Shown: one piece after another, positions 24,362 through 39,167 of the stretch
Numbering within the stretch: position 1 is the first letter of the stretch
Layout: the number at the start of each line of letters is the position of its first letter
From: Marsupella aquatica
Lineage: Eukaryota > Plantae > Marchantiophyta
NCBI GenBank assembly: GCA_973895155.1
Contig: OZ316894.1
Location: forward strand, 4,364,944 to 4,428,943
Direction: 5' to 3'
DNA length: 64,000 nucleotides
The notes under the pieces: generated by a model
Told to the model about the DNA's origin: nothing
What the model saw: only the letters and a program-made list of their open reading frames with translations
Database searches by the model: none
Translations under genes and position numbers: made by a program

Positions 24362-26935
24362 AGATATGGTTACAGGTGTTTTATGTATTAAAGAATCATG
24401 AAGATATTCTCCACGTCTTGGTGACCCCTGAAATGGATTTTAGGGTTCTTATTGAGTTGAGCTTCAGAGAAAAATGACCTGTGACTGGTTTTTGCAGTGG
24501 AATTTAGGGTTTCAATCGTTCATTTAAGCATGTTCACTTGTGGCCGACTCCAATTCCTATTCTTCTATCATTGATACACATATTTAGATTCTTCCATGTG
24601 ACTGTAATATGTTCATAGAATTGTATTCAATTGGATCTTTCACATCTATCTCTCCAATCACTCTTGCACTCTTGGAAATTCCAACCAATGACTAAGCCAA
24701 GCAAAGATCACTCACCTTAATTTGGTTTGTTATGACTGTGTACTAGTCAGTTTGTTGCTTGTCAGCTTCTGGTTGCTCCTTTCTTTCAAAATGATTGAAC
24801 TCTTTGAAAATGCAGCGTGATTGGTGGTCGATGTCAAATCCAGTACACTACCAGATTTTCACAGAACAGGTCAATCCTTCATTAAACTTAAAATTTAGCT
24901 ACGTCATCTTGTGAAGTGTACTGTTTATGCTTCGGGTGAAAGAGAGTCAAACGCCATGGAAGACGGTAGGGATGCGAATGGAGATGAAGGAAGGAGTGCA
25001 CACAGGATTGAGGCGGGGTTTTAGGGCAAGGTGACGAGGAAGAAGAGGGGCCAATTCAAAAGACTACGGATAAGAGTCAAAATCATTTATCAAAATTTAA
25101 AAGGATCAGTGAGCGTGATAATTCTTCGGATTGGGAGAGGGACGGCGAGAGGCATCACGGAGGACATTCCAATGGCACAGAACTGAGCTGGAAGGAGATC
25201 ACCAAGCGAAAGCAAGGAAGACATATAATACTCAATGGGAAGAGTGGACACAATGAAGGAGATGGTAGTGGAAAGGATTGTTCAGCCACAGAGCAACGAT
25301 TTGACAAAGGGGGTAAGAAAAATGTAATTAAATACCTTGGTGCCAAGTGAAAAGCCCAAGCCGAGATAGACCGAGAAGAGTTTTGATTGATCGTGGCCTT
25401 CAAATGTACTTTGCCTCACTGAGTGTCGATTGTCACACTGACGACAGATAGAGAGCATGACAATGAGACACGAGAGAGCCAAGTGAGAGAAGCTTCAACA
25501 CAGTTTCAATCAACCTTCTGATCCAGACTACTTAGTATGAACAAATGGACAAGAAGACAACCTATATGCAGCCGCAACCATAACGTGGAGACTGTGTAAA
25601 GATATTCAAGCAATAACTGATAAAATTAATCCAAACTAGAGCAAGGACTGGCCAAACCTACCTGAAAAGCTGGAATACAGAGAATGGTGAAGGGCCGCTA
25701 AATCCCGCTTCTTCAAAATTATGGGAGGAACAAGCTTAGACATCAAGCGAGCGACTGCCAAACATTGCTAGCTTTTAGCAAGAGGAACAAGCAAAGACAA
25801 GCAAGCGCCACTACAAAAACTTGGGACGCTCACAAGAAAACCACAAAATTTGGAAGCACAAATGAGCGTACCACGTACCACGAATGTCAATCACTAGTTG
25901 TGGGGGACCGCCACCGGCGCGCGCAGCATAACATTTGTGCAGAGCCAAACATGTGAGAGCGCACAGGTCCAAGTACGTGAGGGCACACACCAAAAAGCCT
26001 GACTAATATGGCCACAGCCGATTAGCACTGACTGTCGAAGCATAAAGACATGCACAGTCACTCAAGATCGAGTAAAACCGGTTGACAATCGGAGCATAAA
26101 GACAGGCACACTCAAGATCCACGGGCGAGTACTCTTGACAATCAGAGCACGAAGGAATGCACACCCGGTGCGAGCGACATTGATGCAAGCAGCAACAATA
26201 GAACAAGATGCGAGTGCTAAGATTACACTGTCAGTCGAAGCACAAACAAACAATAAGGTGCATCATGAACAAACGATCAGCAAAATGAGCGCCAATTCAA
26301 GAATGAGAGAATGAGGGCAAAAGATTCCTTGACTCGACGGGGCATCCTGTCATACTACCTACGCATGTCATCACACATCCATCTGCACCCATGCATACTA
26401 ATTTTTACAGATTAAAATGGATGGTATTCACGTTACCAGATAGCTCAAGTGACAACTTTGAAAATTAAGTACTTGGCTTAAATACCTTGCACATATATAT
26501 AATTTGATAAAAGATAAATGTACATAACTATAATAGTAGTAAAACTATTATCCATACCTTTCACAAGGATATTGAAAGAAAATGTAGATTTCTTTTATGG
26601 ATGATGGCATATTTAAGTGAGGTAAATGTTTAACCTACCCCCAAACAACTGTTTCATACAAGTATTTGTATAGAGAAGACACAAGGTTACCTTGAAGACA
26701 ACATAGTTTTGGCTTGAACACAACACGAGATTGGTATTCAGGACTAGGCTCCTCTTTAGTGTCAAGATGGGATATGTTAGTACACTGTCTATGAGTTACC
26801 TAAATTTGTATAGCGCATCATGCTTGCCTTATTACCTTGATCAGTAGTCCACATCTCTTTGACCCTATATACTAGTTTGATACCTTACCTTGAGGTTAGA
26901 GTACCCCTTATACCTTTACTAGACAGGTGTTTTTT

Positions 26936-27625
26936 GGGGTATTTTCTAAACCCTATACCTTCCCAATTATCATCCAATTGTTGTGTTGCCCTTGAGGACC
27001 ACTAGTATAGAAACACAATGCCCTCATGCAAGTCAACGCATCTTATTTCTTGCATTATCAATTCTTTCTTAAGTGTACCATATTTGTCATGCCATCAACT
27101 TGCATTATTTATTTTTTGCTCAATAAGAAAGTCATTTTGTGTACTTTTTGCTCAAAAACTCCCCAAACTGAATCCCGCTGAATGTGCACAAAATGGATTT
27201 ATTATTGACGACTACTATGTGAGAAGTGAAGAGGTTGTTAATAGCTTTCTATTGAGCCTAACATTAGCTGTAATAGAGTGCACCTTTCTTAGATAATTAT
27301 CCAATTTTGAAGCAAGTGTTCCGAAAGCCTAGTACCCTTCCAGAAATGCCATTTTTTGAACTTCTCAAGTGGAACCCAAATTCACTGAGTAGAGTAAGCA
27401 GTACCCCCTGATTCCAAATACAAACTCAATTTTCTGAGACCATGTCCCTTTCCCTAAATATCCCCGTTTTCCCAACCTTACCCTTCCTTTGTATTTTTTG
27501 CTCAACATGTCGCCAAACCCCCACTTTAGAGCCCCTCCTTTAGTTTTCCGGGGTATTCTCTAAACCCTATATACCTTCCCAATTATCATCCAATTGTTGT
27601 GTTGCCCTTGAGGACCACTAGTATA
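26936..27625 (+). repeat. Dispersed ~74-bp direct repeat (26936-27009 and 27550-27625)
   Basis: ggggtatt.tctaaaccctata..ccttcccaattatcatccaattgttgtgttgcccttgaggaccactagtata occurs twice. Confidence 0.85.
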
Positions 27626-30376
27626 TATAATACTCGTTGATAGCCAGCTTTCCAATAAACCTAAGATTAGGGCAAATAGAGTGCACTATCCTACCCAATG
27701 GTGGAACTAAACTGGCTTGTCTTTTAAAACTTACACCTTTTATGACTTTTGTGAGGAGGAGACGTGGCTACTGTTGGTATGGGCTATCTAGCTTGACCTT
27801 CTTGTTTTGGTACTTTTAGGACCCCTAAATGCCACTAGTCGTATTAGAGACCTCCTAGAAATAGACCCTCACATAGAAAATGTCATCAATAGACATATTT
27901 CAAAAGGGGTATTATCATTGTTTGGTGTGTAAGTGCCCAGCTGATATTAAAGCCTAGGAATGATGATATATTGTACCATCCTTATTAAACACATCTAAAG
28001 TAATGCTTTGTTTTTCCAGGGCACCAACTTTACTTGACCACAAGAGAACTATATGGCATTTCACTGTCTAGTAAAAACAGGGGGATGATTGCCTCCTATC
28101 GGCCCCTCCTCTTTATTGTTCCTTTACTCCATTGGCCCCTTTACTAAATTTCACAAAGGTATTTACATGGGCACATACAAAGTACACATGAGGCCAACCC
28201 AAAGTCCAAAAAATGCACTACCATTGGATGTAAAACCATAGTTTGTGTATAAAACATAACAATGCAGTCGGAAGGAGGGGTAATTTCATTCATTTATAGG
28301 CAAGGGGCATAACTCATTAAATGGCTTCATTTGTGACTAAAAGGGAATAATTGTTTCACATTCCTCACATTGCCTGGTATTCCCGCTGGTATTAGAAAGG
28401 AGTGAGGTCCCAGGCTGGGGTATCTCTCAATTGCTTTACCACCTCAGCTAGACCCCTTGCTTACAATCCTTTAATAGAATCTCACACTACCTTGTGTTAT
28501 GTAGTTGTATGGTTTTCCGTGTGAAGGTCTCATTAGGGTCTAAACCCTAAACACTAACTATAATTAGGGTTTAGGGTTTACTGTCAAACATTGAGGCTTC
28601 TTATATTTGTCTGTCAGTTTATAAGCATTCTGAAATTGTCTTCAAATTAATGGGTTTCTTTGTAAAGCACGAGAGTTCAGGCCCCTTCATCCAATTTTGA
28701 AGTTGCAAGTTACTTGATAATTGTTCAATCCATGACGTATGAGTCCACATTTGCTTGAGTTAAATGTCCTTGTTGATATGGCCACAGGTGAGAAATTCAA
28801 TCCCTCATTTTCTACTTGAGGACTAGGATCTTTCAAAAGCTATTTAGCTCCCTTCATGCTGAAGGGCCTTGAGGCAATGGTGGGGCATATAAAACACTGT
28901 CTAGCTCATTAGAGTGACTGTATTTTATCTCCTCAAAAGTTGCTTTAATCTCAAAATTTTCTAGTCCATAAAACTATGTGGGCAATCACAAGTAACCCTG
29001 ATACAACTAAGGATCACAATTTTTGGAGACACCAACAAACCTCCTTTCTAAATAGCTCATCAATCTATCTCCTCTGTCACACCATTTGGAGTGATAGTAT
29101 AGTGTATTATACTATCTGGATTTTGTGGTCTATATCATGGGTGTCATATGTCAAGTACTTTGTTTATTTGTGTTTGTGAGGGATATTTATCCCTTTGAGT
29201 CTGATTGAATATTAAAGTGAGTCTCTTCTCTGGTCAATCATGGAAGAACTACTAACTTACTGTAATTTGTTGTGTGCACCAGTGATGAAATGGATGATTG
29301 CACATTAGTCTATTTGAGTTTCAAAGTGGAACTTAGGGAGCATTGGAACCCATTATAAAGCCCACTCAGGGCTGGTGTATATGCAACTCATTTAGACATA
29401 GTGACAGTAAAAGAGAAGATGTGATATATATCATGATTAAACTGACTAACCTTTTCAAATTGTTAGGGCCTCATCACCTAAACCCTTTGTTATTGTCTGG
29501 TGAAAAACATGGCGAGTATTTTCTCTGCCTTGGAAATTAACTCCTATAATACACAGTTGCGCCACTTTTAAAGTGGTCTTCATTCAAATTTCACTACAAC
29601 ACTATCGGCCGGTTTTGCGAAGACAATCTCATCGCAACTAACAAGCCCCTGATTTTCATAATTCTGGCTATTGCGAACATACGCGCATCGCACCCCCTTT
29701 GCACTTTGCGAACCTAATAACTTCGCACGCGGACCATCGCAATGGCATCGCAACATCATGGCAAACTGAGAAGCTGAGAGGTTCGCAATATTCAATACTT
29801 CTGCGATCCATTATACGTCGCATAAGGTTCGCAAACATACACGCACACGTCCCGCGCGGGCGTCAATATTTGAGACGGATTTACCATTGCATCATATTTG
29901 CGATTGATACTGGTTCAATTGTTTTGATGGGGATTGTATGACAAAGAGCGATACCAGTGATTTCAGAAGTTTGTGAACGGTTTCGATTAGGAAAGTGCGA
30001 TCCTAGAAGTATCACAAAAACCCGACATATTTGGATCTGAAGTTCTGAAGTTAATTGACTCAAAAAGTGCGACGCCTTGGGGTTAATATTGTGCGATGGG
30101 AATGAGTTCTTAAAGGGTTCGCAAAATTATGATCACACAGGATTCAATACATTATTTGCGAGGGGTTTTCCTTGGAATCCAATGTGGAAGGCAAAATTGT
30201 TGTTTTATAAAATGGAAAAGCATGAACAAAATGATAGGGCTTCAAAGAACCCTATACATGGACAAGAGGGGGGAAATATCTGATGCTAGGTCCGCCCTTC
30301 TAAACCTATGCTGCCTCTTCCTACCCTAAGCTCCGGCATGACAAGTCACTCTCATGCATGTATCTCTACAAAATAA

Positions 30377-32424
30377 CTAGAATGGGCTCTTGCGGCTCCT
30401 CTTGGTTGGCTTCTTGGCTGGCTTCTTGCCCTTATCCTTCCGGGGATCCTGTTGGTGACAGGTGCGTGATAGCCGTCGGCGCTCCTGCTCCTGCTCCTGC
30501 TGCTCCTCTGGCTCCTCCTGCCCCTCCTGCTCCTCCTCCTCATCCTCAGGGTCCTCCTCCTCCCCCTGGTCATCAACGTGTGCTGATGACACACGACTAC
30601 CACCACTACCACGGTGGGAAGAACCTACCTCACGACTACTCCCCCCCCGAGCACCACTAGTACCAGGAGTAGCCCCCTCATCGTCATCACTACTGGTCAC
30701 ATCAGCACCCGACCCCTCAGGCTCATCCGAATCCTGCATCCATTACATATCATTAGTTTCCGCAAGACATAAAGGGTCACTCACAATGTTCGCATGCTAA
30801 TCATATGGTTCACACTTAGACACTTACAATAGCCAACTCGGCATCTACCATCGCAAAGAGGTACTTTCGTCCATGCTCTATCGCCACCTCAATATGCTTT
30901 TTTGATATCTTCCTTTTGTACCTCCGATACTGCCATGCATAAAACCAATTAAAATTGGTTAAATTTGCCCTTAAGCATACCCTATAGCCACAAGTGACGC
31001 CTAAATCCTCAACTACTAAACATGACCCAAAAAAAATTTAAAATTCAAATTTGCGAACTTATAAGCATAGCAACTTGCGAACCACCTTTTTTTGCGAAGG
31101 CGTTGCGATGGAGTTTGCGATGCGCATTTGTTCGCAAAGGCATCGGAAAATTGAAATGGAAAAAGTCTATGATAGACTTTGCGAGGGGTTTGCGAACAAA
31201 TACGCATCGCAACACCTTCGCAAACTGTGTTCCCGAGAGTTTTTAAAAATTTGCCAGAAATTCTAAGTGTCAGAGTTGCCCTAAACTAGTAACCAAGCAA
31301 GCATGCACAACAGCAAGAACCTTCGGGGATGTCATTCACTTGCATTCCGGGCTTGCATTGCATAACTCTGAAAGGAATAGAGAGGTTAGGGAGGAGCAAG
31401 AGGCACTCACAAAGTGTGACTTGAGGCCGGGGAGCCCGCCTTGACCCAACTTGTGGACTGGATTGGGGGTGGATTTCACTCGTTTGGCTGCATCTGTGAA
31501 ACGCTTGGGTGGCTTTCCCTCCTGGTCGGCCACCTTCTGCATCTCAGCTACCTTCTGCTCAAGTGGCTTCAGGTCGTGGTCAGGGGGGAGCTTCCCGGCC
31601 TCCTTTGCTTTCAAGGCTCGATCTAGATTGCCCTTCCACTCTTCCAACTCGTGAGCTGCCTTAATTTGCACCTCAATCTTGTAAAACGAATTCCAGATGT
31701 CCTCGGTGAAGTGGAGGGGTCTGCGCAAGTTCCTGTATGATCTCAAGTCTTTCAGGTGGGCTCTAATCTTCATCCTGTCATGGTATCGCATTTGAGACAT
31801 AGAATTTGAAATCTTATCTGCCAACCATTGCTCATCTATGTCAGGCCCATTGCGAAATGCATCCTTGATTTGGTTGATGACCCTCTTTCGCTCTGCCTTC
31901 TCAATCTTCCCCCACTGCATGCCTCGTGAGAAATTGCTTGTGATAATCTGCTTGATTGTGCTCTTAGCCCCTGCATACGCTAGCTCAGTTGGAGTCCCAC
32001 TCGTCTCCAAGGCAATGAATGGAAGTTTTTTTCTTGCTTCCTCTTTCTGACGTTGCTCCTCCCTCTGTTTTTGAATTGAATCTCTCTCCTCTCTTCTCTT
32101 CTGCTTCTCTAGGGCTTGAGGAGAGGCAACTCCCGACTTAGTTCTTTCCTCTCTCTTCCTTTTTTTCTCTCTAGCCTTCTCTTCAGTTGCGGCCCTCTCC
32201 TCCCCCTCTCTAGTAGCTTGTCCTGCTACAATTCCAGTTTGCAAAACCTGTCCAAGAATGGCACTCAAAGAGGCAAGCCCTGCTGGAGAATTGAGATTCA
32301 CTTCTCCCAATTGTGCAGCACTGAGATGTTGGGCCACTAAGTCTGCCCAGGCATTCTTCTCTTTCTCTGGATTTCCCCCATTGCCACTACCACCTTGCCC
32401 TCCACTCCCCTCACCGGTAGCCAT
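30377..32424 (-). CDS. CACTA-2 ORF2 (TnpA/Ptta-like), exons 32424-31411, ~30930-30828, ~30733-30377
   Basis: FRNGPDIDEQWL and HKLGQGG..F|gtgagt motifs; same exon layout as the other two ORF2s. Confidence 0.75.
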
Positions 32425-32849
32425 AGCTCCCCTCTCTCACAGTCTCCCTCGTACTGTTGCGCGCGCCCCGGCCCTTCTCGTCTCGCTCAAAAACTGAAAT
32501 GAGCCCGAATGCGAGCTCCCGCCGATGTTTACGCCGTTCAAAAACGGGTTTGCGATGACATACGCATGGGAAACTGCGAAGCCCGCGCCCTCGCAAATAG
32601 TCTCGCAACTTGCGAGGCACTTCCGAATCTATTCCCTTCGCAAAGCCATCGCAACCCGCAGAAGACCCAAAAAATCGTTCTCGGCCTCTGTTTTTGTGAA
32701 GCAAGTGCGAAGGTCGTAGGTTCACAAAAAGATTCTCTAACTTGTGAAATAATTTGCGAGGCAGGTCTTATCGGTTTAGGGTTGGAAAACACTTTGGGGT
32801 GTCAAACAGCTATTAAGGTTTGTCAAACGACATTTAAGGTATGTTAAGT

Positions 32850-33715
32850 GCCCATAAGTTAACATGGAAGGGGTGTCAATGGATGTTTGGGTTGTAAGGA
32901 TAACTAGAATATAAGTTAACAAAGGTTTGGGTTTAATTAAAGGTTAGGTTTATATTTGGTTTTAATCTAGGAGTATTTGGTTTAATTAAGGGGGTTAAAA
33001 CTTGGGTTAGGTTGGAATAAAAGGGTTGGGTTTAAATTAATGGGTTTGGCTTAGGGTTCAAGGTAGAGGTTTGCATTAGGTTGTGAGTAATTACAGGGGT
33101 TGGGTTTGGTTTTAGTTGAGGGGTTGAATTGTGGTTGTTTTTTAAAGGGATTGGGTTTGGTTTTTAGTTGGGGGGTTTAATTGTGTTTTTTTTAAAGGGG
33201 TTGGGTTTCTAATGTAAGTGTTTGGGTTGGGGTGTAACATGATATAGGGTTGGATTTGGTTCTAATTGAGGGGGTACAATTTTTGCTTAAGTTTTAAAAA
33301 AGGGCCTCAATTTAGGGGTTAGGGTGAAGTTTAGAATAACTATAGGGGTGGGGGTTGGCCTATATAGGTAAAGTAAGGTGTAGATAGGGTAAGAGTTTTA
33401 TATGTAATTGGGGGATTTGGGTTGGGTTTAGGGTAAAGGTTTGAAATTTTAATGAGGGATTTGGGTATTGGTTAGGATAAGGGTAAGGGTGTAGGGTGCT
33501 TGAGGGATTTGGGTTAGGTTTTAATGAAGGGTTTCATTTCATGGTTTGGGTTTAGGGTAGGGGTTTGGGTTTAGGGTAAAGGTTTGAATTTTTAATGAGG
33601 GATTTGGGTATTGGTTAGGATAAGGGTAAGGGTTTAGGGTGATTGAGGGATTTGGGTTAGGTTTTAATGAAGGGTTTCATTTCATGGTTTGGGTTTAGGG
33701 TAGGGTTTGGGTTAC
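32850..33715 (+). repeat. GT-rich degenerate telomere-like (GGGTTT/TTTAGGG) tract including a 143-bp tandem duplication (33422-33711)
   Basis: Strongly strand-skewed gggttt/ttaggg runs in the spacer between ORF2 and the transposase. Confidence 0.85.
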
Positions 33716-35125
33716 TTATATTTCTTTGTCTATCTCATTAACATGGAGAGGAAAACTCTTTGGCGTTGTAGGGCACTTCCCCATGTTTTTTAAAGTTTTG
33801 GCTAATGCATGATAATGCCTTGCGAGAGCCCGGGCATCTGAAAGGTATAACATTTTCTCATGCATTTCTAGTCATTGCTGTAAATATGGAGGGTTACAAT
33901 CTATCATCCTTTTTTTATGGTTCACCATAAGGCATGGCTTAATTCATTGTATATTGGCAGATTTTCCCCTCCTTCCAGATTTGGTTCATGAAATTTGAGC
34001 CACAAGATCCGTCAAGGCATTGCTAAGCCCGGGTCTCATAAAGGTATTTTTCTGTCAATTCTTTTTAATATGTTTAGGTAGGGATTATCAATGATGGTTT
34101 TGGTGAAGTTTTTACTAATCGCCTTCCAATTGCTATACTTGTCAGATGTCTTCATCCTCTACAACTTCCACCACATCAGATTCCTCTTCCGATGAAGAAA
34201 GTCATCCTCCTCCTCAACCTGAACCAACTGTACGTCGACCTAGTGGTCCACCACGCCAACTTTGTGGTTGTAAAACACTAGTACATTTTTGGGCCTTTAT
34301 TCGATAGGATTTACATCGGATCCCTTCAGGAAAATTGACGCAAAAATTTCTATCATCCGATGCAATTCCCAACGCACTTTGCGATGCGCAAACCATCGCA
34401 TATCGACCATCGGACTTCCATCGGACTTTCCGATATTTTTTACGACGGACGTTCCGTTGTAACGTGTTACGGATATTTTATGTCCGTTGTAAAATGAATC
34501 GGATAACTAACACGCGACGGCACACGACGATTTCCTATGTCCAATACTATTTAAATCGGTATGTCCGATATATTTGACATGGCAATTTGCGAAGGAATTT
34601 GTATCAGACATTGCGTTATTTATAATAACGGAAAGTGCGTTACTTTTTGTATCGGACTATCCGATATATTTAAGATGGGAACCTTGAAGGAGGGGTCCGA
34701 TGCGTTGGGGATGGGAAAGTTCGAAGGCAGCAGCATTGGACACTGCTATATTACCGATACGGATGGTAACGGACTTGCAACGGATTATCAAATGTTCTGG
34801 GGGTGGAATACAGGGTTTCATGGGTGGTTTTTGGGGGGTTTGGGTATTGGTTTAGGGTTGAAGGTGACATACACCAATTAGGAACCAAAGATAATGCTAT
34901 AAACACGAGGTCAAAATATCATATTCAAAAAGGGGATCACCCCAATATGTACAAAATGGATTAGGCCTACTGGGTAGACCCATCCTGGTCGTGATGGCAT
35001 GATAGAAGATGTAAAGAGAGCTTTGACTAGAGACTACACTGAGCTATATACAAGGTACCTCCGAGTGAGTGTCTAATCAAAGCTGTCTAGCACTAGATAC
35101 CCGACCACCTAAATGCAACTAACCT

Positions 35126-37477
35126 CTAAAAAGGTGTGTTGCGTCCCTTCTTCTTCTTTGGGCGAGAACGAAGGGTGGGTACAGGTCTAGCATCATGAGA
35201 GCCCTCCTCCCTCTGGCTGCCCACAACCGTGGCAGCCACCTGCTCACCAGATGGCATGGGTTGGCCTGATGCAGGCCTAGACCCTGACCCACTAGATGCA
35301 CCGCTAGGGTGGTCAGGCAAGGTAGATGTCCCACCAACCCCCGACACGGCAGAGTGAAAGGACGCCTCAGCTCCTCCCGCAGACCTGCTAGAGTGATGGG
35401 ATGGTGCGCCGACAGATCCTGTGGGTGGCCCATGTCGTGCTGTACTCCCACCAGACTCACGAGATGGTGCGCGCCCTCTAGATCCACCATCCGGCACGTC
35501 GCCACTACCTCGTCGGGAAGGGCCACCTGCACCAGATACTCCTACGTGATCGCCTCGTCCCATGCCATCACCTCTACTACCCCCTGAGTGCCTGGGCCCC
35601 GCACCCCGTGATGCTCCACAGCGATGGGAGCCCACACCATCAGCAGCATGTGACCCACCCCTCCCTGCTGATGGGGCAACGGCACCAGATGGGGCAACAA
35701 CACCTCGGACCTGAGGAGTAGGGGTGACTGTGGGCACCCTCCCCAACCCTGCCTCAGCATCCTGCTCAGAATCTGAGTCCAGCTCCTCCGACCCAGACCC
35801 CTCCTCATCCTGCGCAATAGGGTTTAATTGCAGTTAGAATGAATGGTCCCGACCATAACTCTAACAAATTCATGACAACCTTAAACATTATATCACCCTA
35901 GGGTGAACACTTACCTCTCCCAACTCATCCTCAAGGTGGCGCTTTAGAGCGCGGGGTCCATCCGTCTTTGCCAAATTCCTCTCCAACGGCGCAATAGGGC
36001 GACCATACTCCCGCTCCTGAAATTTAAAGATCCAAACCATAGAGGCCAGGTTAATATCAAATCTAGTATTAGCGTGCCCTACCCTAAACCAAGCCACCCT
36101 ACATAGCCCTAATGTAACCTTAAACCATAGTTCACCCTAACTTATACTCTACCCTAGTAAAAAATTAACGTTAAGTATGTTCATTCAAAAATTTAAATGT
36201 TTTGCCGAGGGGTCCGATTTAGAGTCCGATACAGCCTGCATCGGACGTCTATCGGATGCGTAACAAGAAAAATGGCATGACACGGTGTCCGATGCTGCTT
36301 CCGATGCAAAACCTATCGGATGAGTATCGGAAAGAACAGGCCCAAGAGCAAAAATGAGTTTTGCAAAGGGTTTAAACAAAAGACATAAGGCACAAACAAC
36401 TCATTCTTCGTGCGAGGAGTCAGGTGATCAGGGAGTCGAGGTGGGGAGGAGAGGGAGGGCACTTACAAACTCAGCCTTCAATCGATTGGAGCCGCCTTGC
36501 CCCATCCGGTGAGTGATGGTTGGCCTCCCCTGCACTCTCTCCAATGCTGCTATGATGTGCCTTGGTGGTTTGGGGAGTCTTGCTGCCTGAGCTGCCCATT
36601 GTTGCAAGTTCTGTTGAAGGGGGAGGATATCAACATTCTCCCCAGCCTTTCGCTTCTCCTCTGCCAGCCTAATTTCGTTGTCCCAATGTCTTCTTTTCAG
36701 CCAGGCACGGACTGAGAGTTCCTCCTCAAGCCAAGCCGCCCACTCATCCGGGGAAACATCGTCTGGACAACCCTCCTCCCTGATCACCTCTACATCCACT
36801 GCCATATCTCCAAGGTACTTTCTGAATTTCTCTCGCTGATGATTGCGCATGTCTGAGAGTGATGCTGAAATTCATTTGTTTAGGAACCTGTCATCAATGT
36901 AGGCCCCGTTCCTGAACCGTTCCTTCACCTGCTCTCTGATTCTCAATCTCTCTTCCTCCTTCTTCTTGCCCCAGTAATCCAGTGGCCCCAAATTGGCCCT
37001 CAGCACCTGCTTGAATTGGCTTCGGAATAGATGGTAGCTCTTAGGCAATGGACCACCACCCGAATTGAGAGCTAGCTCAGGCCTGAGAGCTCTCTCTGCC
37101 TCCTTTCGCCTCTGCTCCTCCAATCGCACCTTCTCAATTGCCCTAGCTTCTTTTCGAAGCTTTTTCTCTCGTTTTCTTGGAGACAGTGTCTCCTCTGCAT
37201 CCCCCTTGCCTCTCTTTGCCTCTTTCTTCCTCTTCTTTGCCTCCTTCTCACTTGCAATGCTTGCAGTAGCAGTCTTCTCTGCCTCACGCCGAGAGGCATC
37301 AATCAGCGTTTGGAGGAGTGGGACTACTCTCTCTGCGTCCTCCACACTCAGCCCTGCCTTGGCCACAAAAATGTCCCTCATAACTTCATTGTATGGCTGG
37401 GACGGTCCCCCTTGCTCTCCACCACCACCTGATCCCCCTTCGTCTCTCCCACCACCTGATCCCCCGCCCCCCTCCAT
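35126..37477 (-). pseudogene. CACTA-3 ORF2 (TnpA/Ptta-like), frameshift near 36870
   Basis: FRNGAYIDDRFL and HRMGQGG..F|gtaagt; later exons ~36017-35915 and 35809-35126. Confidence 0.75.
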
Positions 37478-38140
37478 CTCTCCTCCTCCTTCAAGCTCTC
37501 CTCCTTGATCCAGCTTCAAAAAAATTGAAAAACACCAAGTGCGAAACGGGGCCCGACGCGCGGGTCTTCGCACCTGCATCGGTTCTTTTTTCCGAAACAA
37601 AACCTGCTGCTTCCGATTCTTTCTATTTTGGACTTTGCGAAACCAAAGGTATCGGACACGCAATCGGACTTTCCGAAACTATCTGCTTCGGACCCCTCGT
37701 CCTTTTCTTGTGGCCGTGTATTTACCAAGTGTGGCCCGTTTCCTATTGCATCGGACCCCTCATGAATTTATATCGGATACCTCTTGGCTTTCCCAAAGGG
37801 GGTCCAATATAATGTTTTGAATTTGGGTTGGGTATAATGGGATTGGAGGGTTTAGAGTATAATTTAGGATATTTAGGTTTTGTATGGGGTAAGGGCACAT
37901 GGTTGGAGTTATTATTTGCTTTCATATTTGAATCCGCGTTTTGTAGGGCTCTACATATGTGAACGGGACAGTGAACGTGTCATGCATGTAGAGGGACCTC
38001 TTGCAAGTTTCTTTGTTGCGGAGAACAAATTTTGGGGTTTGTACCGGACTATGTAATTTTTTTGATAAGCTATGGTCTTGCATGCTTAATATATTGGGCT
38101 CTAATTAATGATGCAATTGTGTATAGAGTCTTGGTGTTTT

Positions 38141-38850
38141 AGGGGTGGTTGTGGTGATGGGAACTCAATACTATGATATGTAATATAGGATCAAGAAAAT
38201 ACTACAAGAAGTTTTTGTATGAACCATTTTCGGGTGAAAGCCTTTTGTTTCATTTCTTTATAGGGGATTATGGGTGTACGTAGAGGTTTTATTAGTATAA
38301 CATTATACCTTTTGTTAGGATAATATTAAACCCCTTCATTAGGCTAATCTTTGTGTTTGGATTTGATGTGTAGTACCTTGCTTTTGGAGGGGTGGTTAAC
38401 TTTTTTTGAGGGGGTAGGGAGGTTTCAATTTTGGACAATGCACTATGCATGAAACCGTGCATCCAGGAGGTATGATGTCCTCTTGCAAGTTCCTTGCAAG
38501 TTTAGGGATGGTTGTGGTGATGGGAACTCAATACTATGATATATGATAGACAAAATACTACAAGAAGTTTTTGTACGAACCATTTCTTGGTGAAAGCTAT
38601 TTGGATCATTTCTTTGGAGGGGTTTATGGGCTTAGGGTTATGGGGTTTTACTAGGATAAGGTTACACCTTTTCTTAGGATAAGGTTCAACCTCCATATAT
38701 TAGCTAGGCTAATGGTTGTGTTGGATTTGATGCACAGTACCTTGCGTTTGGAGGGGTGGTTCAATGTTTGTGAGGGGGTAGATAGGTTTTGTTTTGGACA
38801 ATGCACTATGCATAGTGTGAGACCGCGCATCTAGGAGGTATGATGTCCCC
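38141..38850. repeat. Diverged tandem duplication (~360 bp x2)
   Basis: ggttgtggtgatgggaactcaatactatgatat...ggacaatgcactatgcat...aggaggtatgatgtcc occurs at ~38141 and ~38504. Confidence 0.85.
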
Positions 38851-39167
38851 GCTTCACGAGCCGCATCATTTACACTTAATTTGTATGTTGGAATTTTTTT
38901 ATATGTGGTGTGTTCTTCCTACACTCTTTCGCACTTACAGATTATGTATGCTCATTAGCAAAATGCTCACCCATATATGCAGAGATTTTGGATGTCCCAC
39001 ACCTTGTGTGTAGAAAATACGACACAGTAGGCTGGCAAAGCGCGGGTATCATTGAGGTACAACAGGACTTTTGTATCTCATGCATTAATTAATTCTATTT
39101 TGATACTCCAACACTTGTCTTCTTTTATGCAGCTTACATGAATTCAGAGTGTACTTCATGCATGCAG

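Noticed and set aside
24400-29590. Numerous 60-90 aa ORFs in the giant element's spacer
   Set aside because: No motifs or coding signal recognised; treated as non-coding or decayed.
30352-30800. Pro-rich and Ser-rich plus-strand ORFs
   Set aside because: Antisense shadows of the acidic last exon of CACTA-2 ORF2.
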